This document shows positions 1 to 7,853 of a stretch of DNA of 32,000 nt, in pieces. The stretch is from Psychrobacter cryohalolentis K5. GTDB lineage: Bacteria; Pseudomonadota; Gammaproteobacteria; Pseudomonadales; Moraxellaceae. The DNA lies in contig NC_007969.1 in the NCBI RefSeq assembly GCF_000013905.1, positions 900,001 through 932,000 on the forward strand, written 5' to 3'. The first letter of the stretch is position 1, and the number at the start of each line of letters is the position of its first letter. The notes below the pieces were generated by a model, which saw nothing but the letters and a program-made list of their open reading frames with translations, searched no databases and had not been told where the DNA came from. Made by a program: the position numbers and the translations under genes.

Positions 1-1247
1 TAGCTATTCCAGTCTTAACTACCGATCATACTACGGCACTCAAATTAATTGCTTTTACAGGCCCACCCATTATCATCATCAACAGTGTTGGTATATGGAT
101 TTGTGCGATGATTTTTTATAATGTAGTAGTAGAAGAGGATAGAACAAGAGCAAGTCAAACGGTCAAAACATTTTCAATTGCTGATCAAACCTTCTCGTTA
201 TTCCGATCGGGTCTCAATGAAAACTCAGCTAAAAAAAGTACAAAAATTATTAAAAAATTAACTGCTGTAGAGCATGTAGCGATTACTAGAGGTATTCGTG
301 AATTAGCTTATACTGGAACATTGAATAATCAAAAGAGAAATGAAGAAGAAGACCTTGCATCACGTAAGCTGGCTTTATCAACGGGAAAATCAGTATTAAA
401 TGAGCCAAAGTCAAAATGGCTGTTTTCAAAGAAATCAAATAGTAGAGCTTCTGTAGTAGTGCCATTTTGTGTTCAGAATAAAACGATTGGAACCATTACT
501 TTTTATTATGCAAGCTCATTACATATTACTGTCGTTGAAAAAGAACTGATTGAAGGTTTAGGCAAGCTTTTCTCAAATCAATTAGAGCTTGGTGAGATTG
601 AACGTCATAATCAACTATTACAAAACGCAAAAATTGAGGCGTTACAATCGCAAATTCAACCCCATTTTTTATTTAATGCATTAAATACCATTGTAGCTTT
701 ATGTAGAATCGATCCAATGCTAGCGCGAGATTTATTGCTACACTTATCTACTTATTTGCGAAATAACTTGTCAGGCATTGCTGATTTTTTGGTACCGGTA
801 TACAAGGAAATGGAGAATGTACAAGCTTATTTGGCCATTGAACAAGCTCGTTTTCCAGATAAGTTTGTAGTCAATATAGAAGTAGCTCCTGATTTGATTG
901 AGTGTCTTATTCCTCCATTTATCATTCAGCCTTTGGTCGAGAACGCAATAAAGCACGGTGGATTTAAAAAGATAGAAGCTAAAGGTGCAGTTCATATCGA
1001 GATTAAAAAAATATCAGAACTCTTAATTTTGATTAAAGTTTCTGATAATGGGATTGGCGTTGAGCTAAATCGAATAGTAGATCTAGGGGAACGTGTTGTA
1101 AAATCCTCTAAAGATGGAAGTGGCACCGCGTTATTCAATATAAAAGAGCGACTTACGGCACTGTACAGCCAAGATGTACGCTTTAATATAGACAGTGATG
1201 TTGGCAAAGGGACTTGTGTGTCGATTATATTGCCGGTTAAAACTTAG
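1..1247 (+). CDS. LytS/YehU(BtsS)/YpdA-type sensor histidine kinase, 5' end outside the window (codon frame starts at nt 3)
   Basis: The reading frame is open from nt 3 (AIPVLTTDHTTALKLIAFTGPPIIIINSVGIWICA...), so the listed Met at 108 is internal. The hydrophobic N-terminal part fits the end of a 5TM LytS-type membrane domain. QIQPHFLFNALNTI is the His_kinase (LytS-type) phosphoacceptor box. PPFIIQPLVENAIKHG and DNGIGV ... GSGTAL are the HATPase N and G boxes. It sits 13 nt upstream of a LytTR regulator. Confidence 0.85.
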   Translation, partial: AIPVLTTDHTTALKLIAFTGPPIIIINSVGIWICAMIFYNVVVEEDRTRASQTVKTFSIADQTFSLFRSGLNENSAKKSTKIIKKLTAVEHVAITRGIRELAYTGTLNNQKRNEEEDLASRKLALSTGKSVLNEPKSKWLFSKKSNSRASVVVPFCVQNKTIGTITFYYASSLHITVVEKELIEGLGKLFSNQLELGEIERHNQLLQNAKIEALQSQIQPHFLFNALNTIVALCRIDPMLARDLLLHLSTYLRNNLSGIADFLVPVYKEMENVQAYLAIEQARFPDKFVVNIEVAPDLIECLIPPFIIQPLVENAIKHGGFKKIEAKGAVHIEIKKISELLILIKVSDNGIGVELNRIVDLGERVVKSSKDGSGTALFNIKERLTALYSQDVRFNIDSDVGKGTCVSIILPVKT

Positions 1248-1259
1248 GGAAGGGTTTGG

Positions 1260-2003
1260 ATGAATGTTTATGTTGTTGAAGACGAAGTGTTAGCTAGACA
1301 AGAGTTGATTTATCTTTTGAAAGACACAGGAAAAATTAACGTAGTTGGTGAAGCAGATGACATACATCAAGCTTTATGGGATATTAATGAAAAGCAGCCA
1401 GACGCAGTGTTCTTAGATATAGAGCTTGAAGGTGGCAATGGTCTTGAGCTGGCCAAGCAGTTTAGTAATATGAAGAAACCGCCTATGGTTGTGTTCGTCA
1501 CTGCTTATGATGAATATGCGTTGAACGCTTTTAAATTAGATGCGATAGATTACATAGTCAAACCAATTGATAGAGGCAGGCTGATAAAAGCAGTAGAGAA
1601 ATTAATAAAATTGGGTAGCGTGCCGAATTCAGAAAATCTCGTTAAACCTCTGCCTTTACCTTCAACCCATAATGACAAAAAGCATAGTATTACTGTAAAG
1701 CAAGCAGATCGAATCATAATTATTAATACTAAAGATATTTTATATATCGGTACTGAGAATCGGCAAGCTTATATTCAAACATTAGAGAAAAAATACCCAA
1801 CAGATACTTTGCTTTATAAGATGATGGATAAGCTCGGAGATAATTTTATTCAAGTACATAGAGGTTATATTGTAAATACCAAACAGATAGCGGCCTTAGA
1901 ACCTTGGTTCAATCGAACCTATTTGATTATATTAAAAGATGGTTCTAAAATTGCAGTAAGTCGCTCTTATGTCAAAGCAGTCAAACAAGTGCTTGGATTG
2001 TAA
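1260..2003 (+). CDS. LytTR-family response regulator (receiver + LytTR DNA-binding domain)
   Basis: N-terminal CheY-like receiver (VVEDE...DAVFLDIEL...VVFVTAYDEYALNAFKLDAIDYIVKP). C-terminal LytTR-like segment (ILYIGTENRQAYIQT...FIQVHRGYIVN...IAVSRSY). GGGAAGG lies about 8 nt upstream as an SD. Confidence 0.88.
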   Translation: MNVYVVEDEVLARQELIYLLKDTGKINVVGEADDIHQALWDINEKQPDAVFLDIELEGGNGLELAKQFSNMKKPPMVVFVTAYDEYALNAFKLDAIDYIVKPIDRGRLIKAVEKLIKLGSVPNSENLVKPLPLPSTHNDKKHSITVKQADRIIIINTKDILYIGTENRQAYIQTLEKKYPTDTLLYKMMDKLGDNFIQVHRGYIVNTKQIAALEPWFNRTYLIILKDGSKIAVSRSYVKAVKQVLGL

Positions 2004-2014
2004 TCCTTAAATAT

Positions 2015-2057
2015 AAATAAGAGGGGTAGATATCATAAACATCTACCCCTCTTATTT
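2015..2057. terminator. Bidirectional intrinsic terminator between convergent genes
   Basis: Perfect 17-bp inverted repeat aaataagaggggtagat (2015-2031) / atctacccctcttattt (2041-2057) with a 9-nt loop. It is A/T-rich on both sides and lies between the stop of the regulator (2003) and the stop of the transporter (2083). Confidence 0.8.
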
Positions 2058-2082
2058 GTAAATAATACTATTTGATTATCAG

Positions 2083-3516
2083 TTACGACCACCCAATCAG
2101 TTGCGCAACGATTAGCGAGCCAATGGCAATCATAGCCCAAACTGCAAAAATAGGTAAGAAAAAGCGTAACCATTTTTGATAGGGTACCCCAGCAATAACT
2201 AGTGCTGCCATAAAATAACCACTGGTAGGGAAAAGAACATGGGTAAAGCCATCGCCAAGTTGATAGGCTAGAACGGCGGTTTGTCTGGTTACTCCAACGA
2301 GATCAGCGAGTGGTGCCATGATAGGCATCGTAACAAGAGCCTGTCCACTACCAGAAGAGATCACGAAGTTGATTGCTGTTTGAACAAAGTACATGCCAAC
2401 AGCTGCCAATTCAGGAGGTAGGTCTCCAACTAGTAGCCCTAAAGAGTGTACAAGTGTGTCCATGACGTTGCCATCTTCTAAGACTACAGCAACTGCACGA
2501 GCTAAACCGACGATAAACGCTCCCATCAATACATCTTTAAAGCCTTGGTTAAACCCATCGCATATCTCAGTAAGCTTAAGACCCGCTATCATTCCAACTA
2601 CAATGCCCATGATGACAAATAGTCCGGACATCTCTACCATGAACCAGCCTTGCTTAAGTACTCCGTATACTAGTACTGCAGATAGAATAAGCATTGCATA
2701 GGCAGCTAGCTTTTGACGAGGTGACATAGTAAGAGCAGTACCGCCGACAATTTGATTAAACTCTATTCTCTTTTCACTGTCCTCTTCATAGACATAACTT
2801 TTGGATGGATTGTTCTTAACTTTCTTTGCATATCTTATAACAAAGAAAATAACGGTAGTAACTGCTAGAACAAATACGATTGAACGTAAGCCCATTCCTG
2901 AGAATACTGGTAGTCCGGATAATTTTTGTCCCAGCCCCGTATTAATTGGATTAAGTACACCAGCACTAAAACCAGCCCCGGTCCCACATAAGGCAATGGC
3001 AGCAGCCGTTATCGAGTCATATCCTAAGGCAATGATTAAGGGCATAATGACTGGGATGTAAACTAATGATAATTCCGGTGTACCAATTAGTGTGGCAATA
3101 AAAGCAAAGGTTGTTGTCAATACTGCTATTAATAGTAAGCCGTTATTTGCAAATTTTCGTGCTAATTTATCAACAGCTACTTCGATAATTCCTGTTCTTC
3201 TGAGTACCATGAACATACCACCGATAATGAATGTGAAGAACACAACTTCACCTGCATCGATAAGACCTCTAGGCACAGCAGTTAAAAAATCGGTGACGCC
3301 AACTGGAGTTTGTTCTATGAGATGGTAGGACGTGGCATCAATGGTGGTTCTACCTTCTGGCCCAAGGACACGATCATATTTACCGGAAGGTACAAAGTGT
3401 GTAAGGATAGCTGCAATGGCACTAAACACAAATAAGATGACATAAATATGCGGCATCTCGAATTTTTTTTTCTGCCTGCTTACTAACTCTACATTATCAA
3501 TTTCATTGTCTGACAT
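2083..3516 (-). CDS. YfcC / DcuC (C4-dicarboxylate anaerobic carrier) superfamily membrane transporter
   Basis: 477-aa polytopic membrane protein. Its overall architecture and segments (PHIYVILFVFSAIAAILTHFVPSGKYDR near the N-terminus; GSGQALVTMPIMAPLADLVGVTRQTAVLAYQLGDGFT near the C-terminus) recall YfcC-type putative amino-acid/carboxylate carriers. GGAG SD lies 8 nt upstream of the ATG. Confidence 0.72.
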   Translation of the reverse strand: MSDNEIDNVELVSRQKKKFEMPHIYVILFVFSAIAAILTHFVPSGKYDRVLGPEGRTTIDATSYHLIEQTPVGVTDFLTAVPRGLIDAGEVVFFTFIIGGMFMVLRRTGIIEVAVDKLARKFANNGLLLIAVLTTTFAFIATLIGTPELSLVYIPVIMPLIIALGYDSITAAAIALCGTGAGFSAGVLNPINTGLGQKLSGLPVFSGMGLRSIVFVLAVTTVIFFVIRYAKKVKNNPSKSYVYEEDSEKRIEFNQIVGGTALTMSPRQKLAAYAMLILSAVLVYGVLKQGWFMVEMSGLFVIMGIVVGMIAGLKLTEICDGFNQGFKDVLMGAFIVGLARAVAVVLEDGNVMDTLVHSLGLLVGDLPPELAAVGMYFVQTAINFVISSGSGQALVTMPIMAPLADLVGVTRQTAVLAYQLGDGFTHVLFPTSGYFMAALVIAGVPYQKWLRFFLPIFAVWAMIAIGSLIVAQLIGWS

Positions 3517-3581
3517 TTTATTAACTCCAAATAATCCGTTTTAGAGAATATGACTTACCTGTCTGTTGTAAACAAAATAGT

Positions 3582-3678
3582 ATTATAGAAAGTGCTCATC
3601 TTGGTGCTAATCCTGCAAAATGCACATATACGCGACGAATTGCACATTATGGGTAACGAGTTGTCCATAATGTGCAAT
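3582..3678 (-). promoter_or_regulatory. Candidate activator-dependent promoter of the transporter gene: TATAAT -10 plus three TGCACAT-type sites
   Basis: On the minus strand there is a TATAAT at 3582-3587 with no good -35. Upstream, TGCACAT occurs at 3621-3627 and 3641-3647 (20-bp phasing), with an inverted copy at 3670-3676. The latter two sit in a perfect 14-bp inverted repeat ATTGCACATTATGG (3639-3652) / CCATAATGTGCAAT (3665-3678). Confidence 0.4.
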
Positions 3679-3771
3679 ATCACAGAGGAGTCGAAAGATG
3701 GATGACGTTTTTATTTGGAAGCGTGATCGCAAATAGTAGATCTCAAAATTAACATTTATTATATTTAAGAC

Positions 3772-3806
3772 AAAAAGCCCAGCTATTTTAAATAGCTGGG
3801 CTTTCT
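3772..3806 (-). terminator. Intrinsic terminator downstream of the terZ-like gene
   Basis: aaagcccagctattt / aaatagctgggcttt inverted repeat (3774-3804). On the minus strand it is followed by a TTTTT run (complement of 3772-3776). It lies 25 nt past the stop at 3831. Confidence 0.75.
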
Positions 3807-3830
3807 CTATCAGTTTTCTGCGATAGTTAT

Positions 3831-4439
3831 TTAAGCATGCGGGGTGATAGCAGGCATTAAGTCATGGAAAGTGCGACCAGTCGCCGTTTCACCGATGGCA
3901 TGCATCTTCCACTCATTATTATGACGATAAACTTTTGCCATAATCATCGCCGTATGCGTACCTTGTGAGGACAGATTATAGCGTGCTACTTCAGTATTGT
4001 TATTGGCATTGACGATACGGCAAAACGCATTTTCTACTGTCTCAAACGTCTGACCAGTAAAGCTGTTGACGGTAAATACCAAGGATACTACGTTAGCTGG
4101 AACTTTTGATAAATCAACATTGATTACTTCATCATCACCATCGCCGTCACCAGTGCGGTTATCACCAGTATGCACGATACTGCCGTCTTTAGATTTTAAT
4201 TGGCTAAACCAAATGGCATCAACTGGCTGTTTGTTGCTATCGAACATAATGCATGATGCATCTAAATCGATAGAATCGCCGCCACTACCACCACCGAATA
4301 ATTTACCTAAGAATCCACCTTTTTTATCTTGTGGACCTTGGGCAACGTCCCAGCCTAAACCCAATTTTACTTGAGTAAGCTCGCCACCCGCTTCTTTGCT
4401 TAGGGAGATTTTTTGACCCTTTTGTAAACTAACTGCCAT
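3831..4439 (-). CDS. terZ: TerD-fold stress protein, TerZ-like (202 aa)
   Basis: Start chosen at the internal Met (MAVSLQKGQKISLSKE...) because AAGGA lies just upstream and the longer ORF (to 4628) would overlap the AIM24 gene by 155 nt. Shows TerD-family hallmarks: GLGWD, IDLDAS, GDNRTGDGDGDDEVINVDL, FTVNSFTGQTF..VENAFCR. The Gly-rich insertion KKGGFLGKLFGGGSGGDS between GLGWD and DLDA is what I remember for TerZ-type members. Confidence 0.8.
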   Translation of the reverse strand: MAVSLQKGQKISLSKEAGGELTQVKLGLGWDVAQGPQDKKGGFLGKLFGGGSGGDSIDLDASCIMFDSNKQPVDAIWFSQLKSKDGSIVHTGDNRTGDGDGDDEVINVDLSKVPANVVSLVFTVNSFTGQTFETVENAFCRIVNANNNTEVARYNLSSQGTHTAMIMAKVYRHNNEWKMHAIGETATGRTFHDLMPAITPHA

Positions 4440-4473
4440 GTGATAATCCTTATAATAGTTGTATGAGAAATTG

Positions 4474-5226
4474 CTATAAAATATTGCCAAGTAATCCGCT
4501 ATTGCCGCCACGACCACCTGAACTGGTGCCCAAGATGCTTTGTAGCCACCCTTGATAGCTGTCACGATTGCGTGAGCAGATAATAACTTTGCCTGAGCCT
4601 GAAAAGTTGAGTACCATTCCTTCGCCACTGGTGACTGAATTGATAATATTGCTCATGATGCCTTTTTTCTTACTGGTCGATACAGAGAGCTTATAATCAA
4701 GCGTTGAATCCCAGCAGACCACATGACCATTATCGATGATGACGTCTTTATCTGGCGTCACATCAATCTCAAATAATGAACCGAAACCCGATACCACTAC
4801 CTGACCTTGACCTTGTGTCTGCATGACCATAAATCCGCCAGTATCACCAAAGATTGCGCCACCTAGATTACGTTGAATATTGGCTCTGATATCGACACCG
4901 ATTTGCGCCGCGACAAAAGCACCATCGCTCAAGGTGTATTGATGTTTGCCGCAATCAATGATTTGCATATCGCCATCGAGCGTTGGTGCCAGCAAACAAT
5001 CACCTTCACCGTTTACCGCTTCAATTTGCTGCTGAAAAAGTGACTCATCGTTAGCAAAACGGCGCATCAATGACTGCATCAATCCACCTTGCAATTTACC
5101 TTTCAGCTCAAGGTTTGATTCCATCATCACCATGGCGTTGGCTTCGCAATAGATTGAGTCACCTTTTTTAAGATTACAATGTAAAAAAGGTTCAATAGTA
5201 CCAATTAAGCTAAACGTTGCAGCCAT
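4474..5226 (-). CDS. AIM24 / DUF124 (TIGR00266-like) family protein
   Basis: 250-aa soluble protein with the beta-rich pattern I associate with AIM24/DUF124: L.KGDSIY.E..AMV.M...L, LLAP...G.I, TL.DGAF.A, G.G..FE, DNGHVV.WD..L.Y. It ends in a Gly-rich tail, GTSSGGRGGNSGLLGNIL. Recognition is from memory of the family, not from a search. Confidence 0.65.
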   Translation of the reverse strand: MAATFSLIGTIEPFLHCNLKKGDSIYCEANAMVMMESNLELKGKLQGGLMQSLMRRFANDESLFQQQIEAVNGEGDCLLAPTLDGDMQIIDCGKHQYTLSDGAFVAAQIGVDIRANIQRNLGGAIFGDTGGFMVMQTQGQGQVVVSGFGSLFEIDVTPDKDVIIDNGHVVCWDSTLDYKLSVSTSKKKGIMSNIINSVTSGEGMVLNFSGSGKVIICSRNRDSYQGWLQSILGTSSGGRGGNSGLLGNIL

Positions 5227-5335
5227 AGGTCAAAAGTCCTTATTCTAATATTTTTATAAGTCCATCTGTAGAGGGTATAGCAAATAACTTCTGTTAATAT
5301 CGTTTAGACATTAAATTCATAGCCACTTAAATTTA

Positions 5336-5414
5336 AAGCCATCAAATGTCTTAAACAACACACTTGATGGCTTATAGATCTCGTAAGTAGCTCATAAATA
5401 AATAGTTACTTACG
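5336..5414 (-). terminator. Two tandem hairpins downstream of terD (possible terminator or attenuator)
   Basis: aagccatcaa (5336-5345) / ttgatggctt (5364-5373) form a 10-bp stem, followed on the minus strand by TTTAAATTT. cgtaagta (5382-5389) / tacttacg (5407-5414) form an 8-bp stem. Both lie in the 225-nt gap between the terD stop (5452) and the AIM24 start (5226). Confidence 0.45.
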
Positions 5415-5451
5415 ATAGTTGGCTTGCGACACGATTAAGTCAATGAGACGA

Positions 5452-6027
5452 TTAAACATTGACGCCATAAGAGGCCGCTAATGGTCCAAGACCACCGCTA
5501 AAGCCTTGACCAACCGCGCGGAATTTCCAGTCACCGCTATGACGATATAACTCACCAAAAATCATCGCTGTTTCAGTACTACCGTCTTCTGATAGGTCAT
5601 AACGAGCGATTTCAGCATCGCCATTGTCGTTCAAAACACGGATATAAGCGTCGCCCACTTGACCGAAGTTTTGGTTACGAGCTTGACCTTCATAAATGAT
5701 GGCACAGATAGCAACTTTGCTCACGTCAGCTGGAATGCTTGCAAGGTTGATTTTGATTTTTTCATCATCGCCATCACCTTCACCAGTACGGTTATCACCT
5801 GTATGTTCAACCGCGCCATTGTCTGACTTTAAGTTGTTAAAGAAGATAAAATCTTGATCGTTACGTACTTGACCCGCTTCATTGACCAAAAAGCCAATCG
5901 CATCTAAGTCAAATTCTTGACCGTCAGTGGCGCGTGGATCCCAGCCTAGACCGACCGTAATATTGGTTAAACCTGGCGCTTCTTTTGATAAGTTTACGTT
6001 GCCGCCTTTTGTTAAGCTAATAGCCAT
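5452..6027 (-). CDS. terD: TerD-family tellurium-resistance/stress protein (191 aa)
   Basis: [16 protein letters not shown]..., [52 protein letters not shown]. This is a canonical TerD/TerE-type sequence. AAAGGA SD lies upstream. Confidence 0.9.
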   Translation of the reverse strand: MAISLTKGGNVNLSKEAPGLTNITVGLGWDPRATDGQEFDLDAIGFLVNEAGQVRNDQDFIFFNNLKSDNGAVEHTGDNRTGEGDGDDEKIKINLASIPADVSKVAICAIIYEGQARNQNFGQVGDAYIRVLNDNGDAEIARYDLSEDGSTETAMIFGELYRHSGDWKFRAVGQGFSGGLGPLAASYGVNV

Positions 6028-6399
6028 ATAAATATCCTTTAGATTAATAATTAAGTGGATTGATTGATAAAAAATGAACTCAAATAGTGCAGTGGTCGAT
6101 ATATAGACGCCGTTAGAAAAAATCTATCTGGACGCCATGCCCTGCATATCATTACGATTTACTATACTAAGCGTTTGCTCACTAAGCAAGGCGTATTTTG
6201 TGCGCTGATGTTATGTTTACTAACAGATATAGCAATTGTGCAAATCTGATACTTTCTAACCGTCCCGATAACAATCGTTAAGATATTGTTATCAAAAATG
6301 AATTTTTTAGATATTGAAGTTGGTACTAAGGTTGCAATATCGAACCTAGCAATGAAACAAAACCTTATGATATGAATTACTCATAGAGTAAAAAAGGTA

Positions 6400-6437
6400 T
6401 AAAAAACAGGTCATACCAATCGCTTGATATAACCTGT
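6400..6437 (-). terminator. Probable intrinsic terminator after the TerC-like membrane protein gene
   Basis: An imperfect hairpin around acaggtcatacc (6406-6417) ... acctgt (6432-6437) is followed on the minus strand by TTTTTT (complement of 6401-6406). It lies about 75 nt past the stop at 6512. Confidence 0.5.
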
Positions 6438-6511
6438 CATGACTACGATTTTTTACCAAAGCGCTTTTTCTTAATTTGAACGTAGCGTTTAAACGTAAGC
6501 TAAAATCAACA

Positions 6512-7579
6512 CTAAGTAATCGCCTTCGCTTGTTGCTTGCGATGCTTAAGTGAAGCAAGCAATGCCCAACCGATAAAGGCAATACCAATCAAACCCGTAA
6601 TAATCTCTGGTACATGGAATTTCACTGATAGCAGCATAATAATTGCCAAAGCACCAATGGCATAATGCGCACCATGTTCTAGATAGATGAACTCATCAAG
6701 TGTGCCTTTGTCTACCAAGAAGATAGTCATCGAACGCACAAACATCGCACCAATCGCCAGACCTAACATAATTACAATAACGTCATTGGTGATTGCAAAT
6801 GCGCCAATCACACCATCGAAACTGAATGAAGCATCAAGAACTTCTAAGTATAAGAAACCGATAATACCGCCCTTCATAATCGCGCTGGTCGCTGCGGCGC
6901 CTGAACCCTTCTCTTCATTTTCTAAGTCTTCCTCAAGGTCACCCTCGAGCATACCAGAGATAACTTGGACGCCAAGATAGACCAAGATACCCCATACACC
7001 CGCAATCAGTACGGCAGAAGCTTGCTCCGCACTAGCCCAAGATACAGCAAACATCAGGACAATTAGAGCGACAAACACGCTCATGGCATCGACTTTGCCA
7101 AGCTTTGCTAAGCGGCTCTCAAGCCAGTTAAACCAATGCACTTCTTTATCATCAAAGATAAAGTTTAAGAAGACGAGTAACAAGAAGATACCACCAAAGG
7201 CTGATATTTCAGCATGATGCGCCATCAGTCTGGCTGAGTATTCTTTAGGGTCGTTCAATGCCAAATCTATCACTTGCATCATGCCAAGGTCTGCGGTAAC
7301 CGCAACGATGACAATTGGGAATACCAAGCGCATACCGAATACAGCAATTAAAATACCAACGGTTAAAAATATCTTTTTCCAAAACTCGTCCCAGCCTTTA
7401 AGGACTGAGGCGTTGACCACCGCATTATCAAACGATAATGAAATCTCCATGACGGCCAAAATAGCAGTAATAGAAAGGGTGGTGATTAAGCCGCCCATAC
7501 CGCCATGTGAATATCCCCACCATGCAGCTACCATCAATGCGATAGCTGTGAAGATGAAGTCTAAATAAAAATGTCTCAT
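6512..7579 (-). CDS. TerC-superfamily integral membrane protein (DUF475-like)
   Basis: 355-aa polytopic membrane protein. It carries the motif MEISLSFDNAVVNA and a second repeat, LEVLDASFSFDGVIGAFAIT, separated by an acidic loop (EGDLEEDLENEEKGSG). This duplicated E/D-x-S-x-S-F-D pattern resembles DUF475 more than classical TerC (LSVDNLFV). AGGA SD lies upstream, and the gene is flanked by TerD genes. Confidence 0.7.
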   Translation of the reverse strand: MRHFYLDFIFTAIALMVAAWWGYSHGGMGGLITTLSITAILAVMEISLSFDNAVVNASVLKGWDEFWKKIFLTVGILIAVFGMRLVFPIVIVAVTADLGMMQVIDLALNDPKEYSARLMAHHAEISAFGGIFLLLVFLNFIFDDKEVHWFNWLESRLAKLGKVDAMSVFVALIVLMFAVSWASAEQASAVLIAGVWGILVYLGVQVISGMLEGDLEEDLENEEKGSGAAATSAIMKGGIIGFLYLEVLDASFSFDGVIGAFAITNDVIVIMLGLAIGAMFVRSMTIFLVDKGTLDEFIYLEHGAHYAIGALAIIMLLSVKFHVPEIITGLIGIAFIGWALLASLKHRKQQAKAIT

Positions 7580-7633
7580 GACACATCCTGTCTGGTTGCG
7601 TAAAGCTAAGGTTGTCTATTATAGACGCAGCAT

Positions 7634-7662
7634 AAAAAAAGTGGCTATCGCTAGCCACTTTT
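7634..7662 (-). terminator. Intrinsic terminator after the upstream terD paralog
   Basis: aagtggcta (7639-7647) / tagccactt (7652-7660) form the stem. On the minus strand it is followed by TTTTTTT (complement of 7634-7640). Confidence 0.7.
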
Positions 7663-7853
7663 CCATGTGTGATTTTTAATAAAATATAAAGTATTATCAG
7701 TCATTTGGCTATTAAAGATTGTGACTATTTTGCAACCATATTTTACAGCCAATAGTGAGGCATAATGGCTTTAGGTTTTGCACCTACTTATCATCTAATG
7801 GATGGTTTTAGCACGGGCTAAATATCGATTTAGATAGTAGTTTAACTAACAGT

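Noticed and set aside
2393-3328. Three plus-strand ORFs (2393..2701, 2801..3061, 3092..3328) inside the transporter gene
   Set aside because: They lie antisense to a well-supported 477-aa membrane protein gene. Their Pro/Ser/Thr/Ala-rich low-complexity translations are typical of the reverse frame of a hydrophobic gene.
4440-4628. N-terminal 63-codon extension of the terZ-like ORF (listed ORF 3831..4628)
   Set aside because: It would overlap the 3' end of the AIM24 gene by 155 nt. It has no TerD-like sequence. The internal Met at 4439 has an AAGGA SD and gives the canonical MAVSL.KGQ TerD-family N-terminus.
6346-6588. 80-aa minus-strand ORF at the 3' end of the TerC-like gene
   Set aside because: It overlaps the TerC-like coding region in another frame and runs through the predicted terminator. 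It has no SD and an odd composition.
7580-7853. Possible yybP-ykoY (Mn2+) riboswitch upstream of the TerC-like gene
   Set aside because: I searched the minus strand by eye for the conserved GGGGAGUAG-type core and found nothing similar. The region is mostly a terminator hairpin plus AT-rich DNA. Only a covariance-model scan could exclude it formally.
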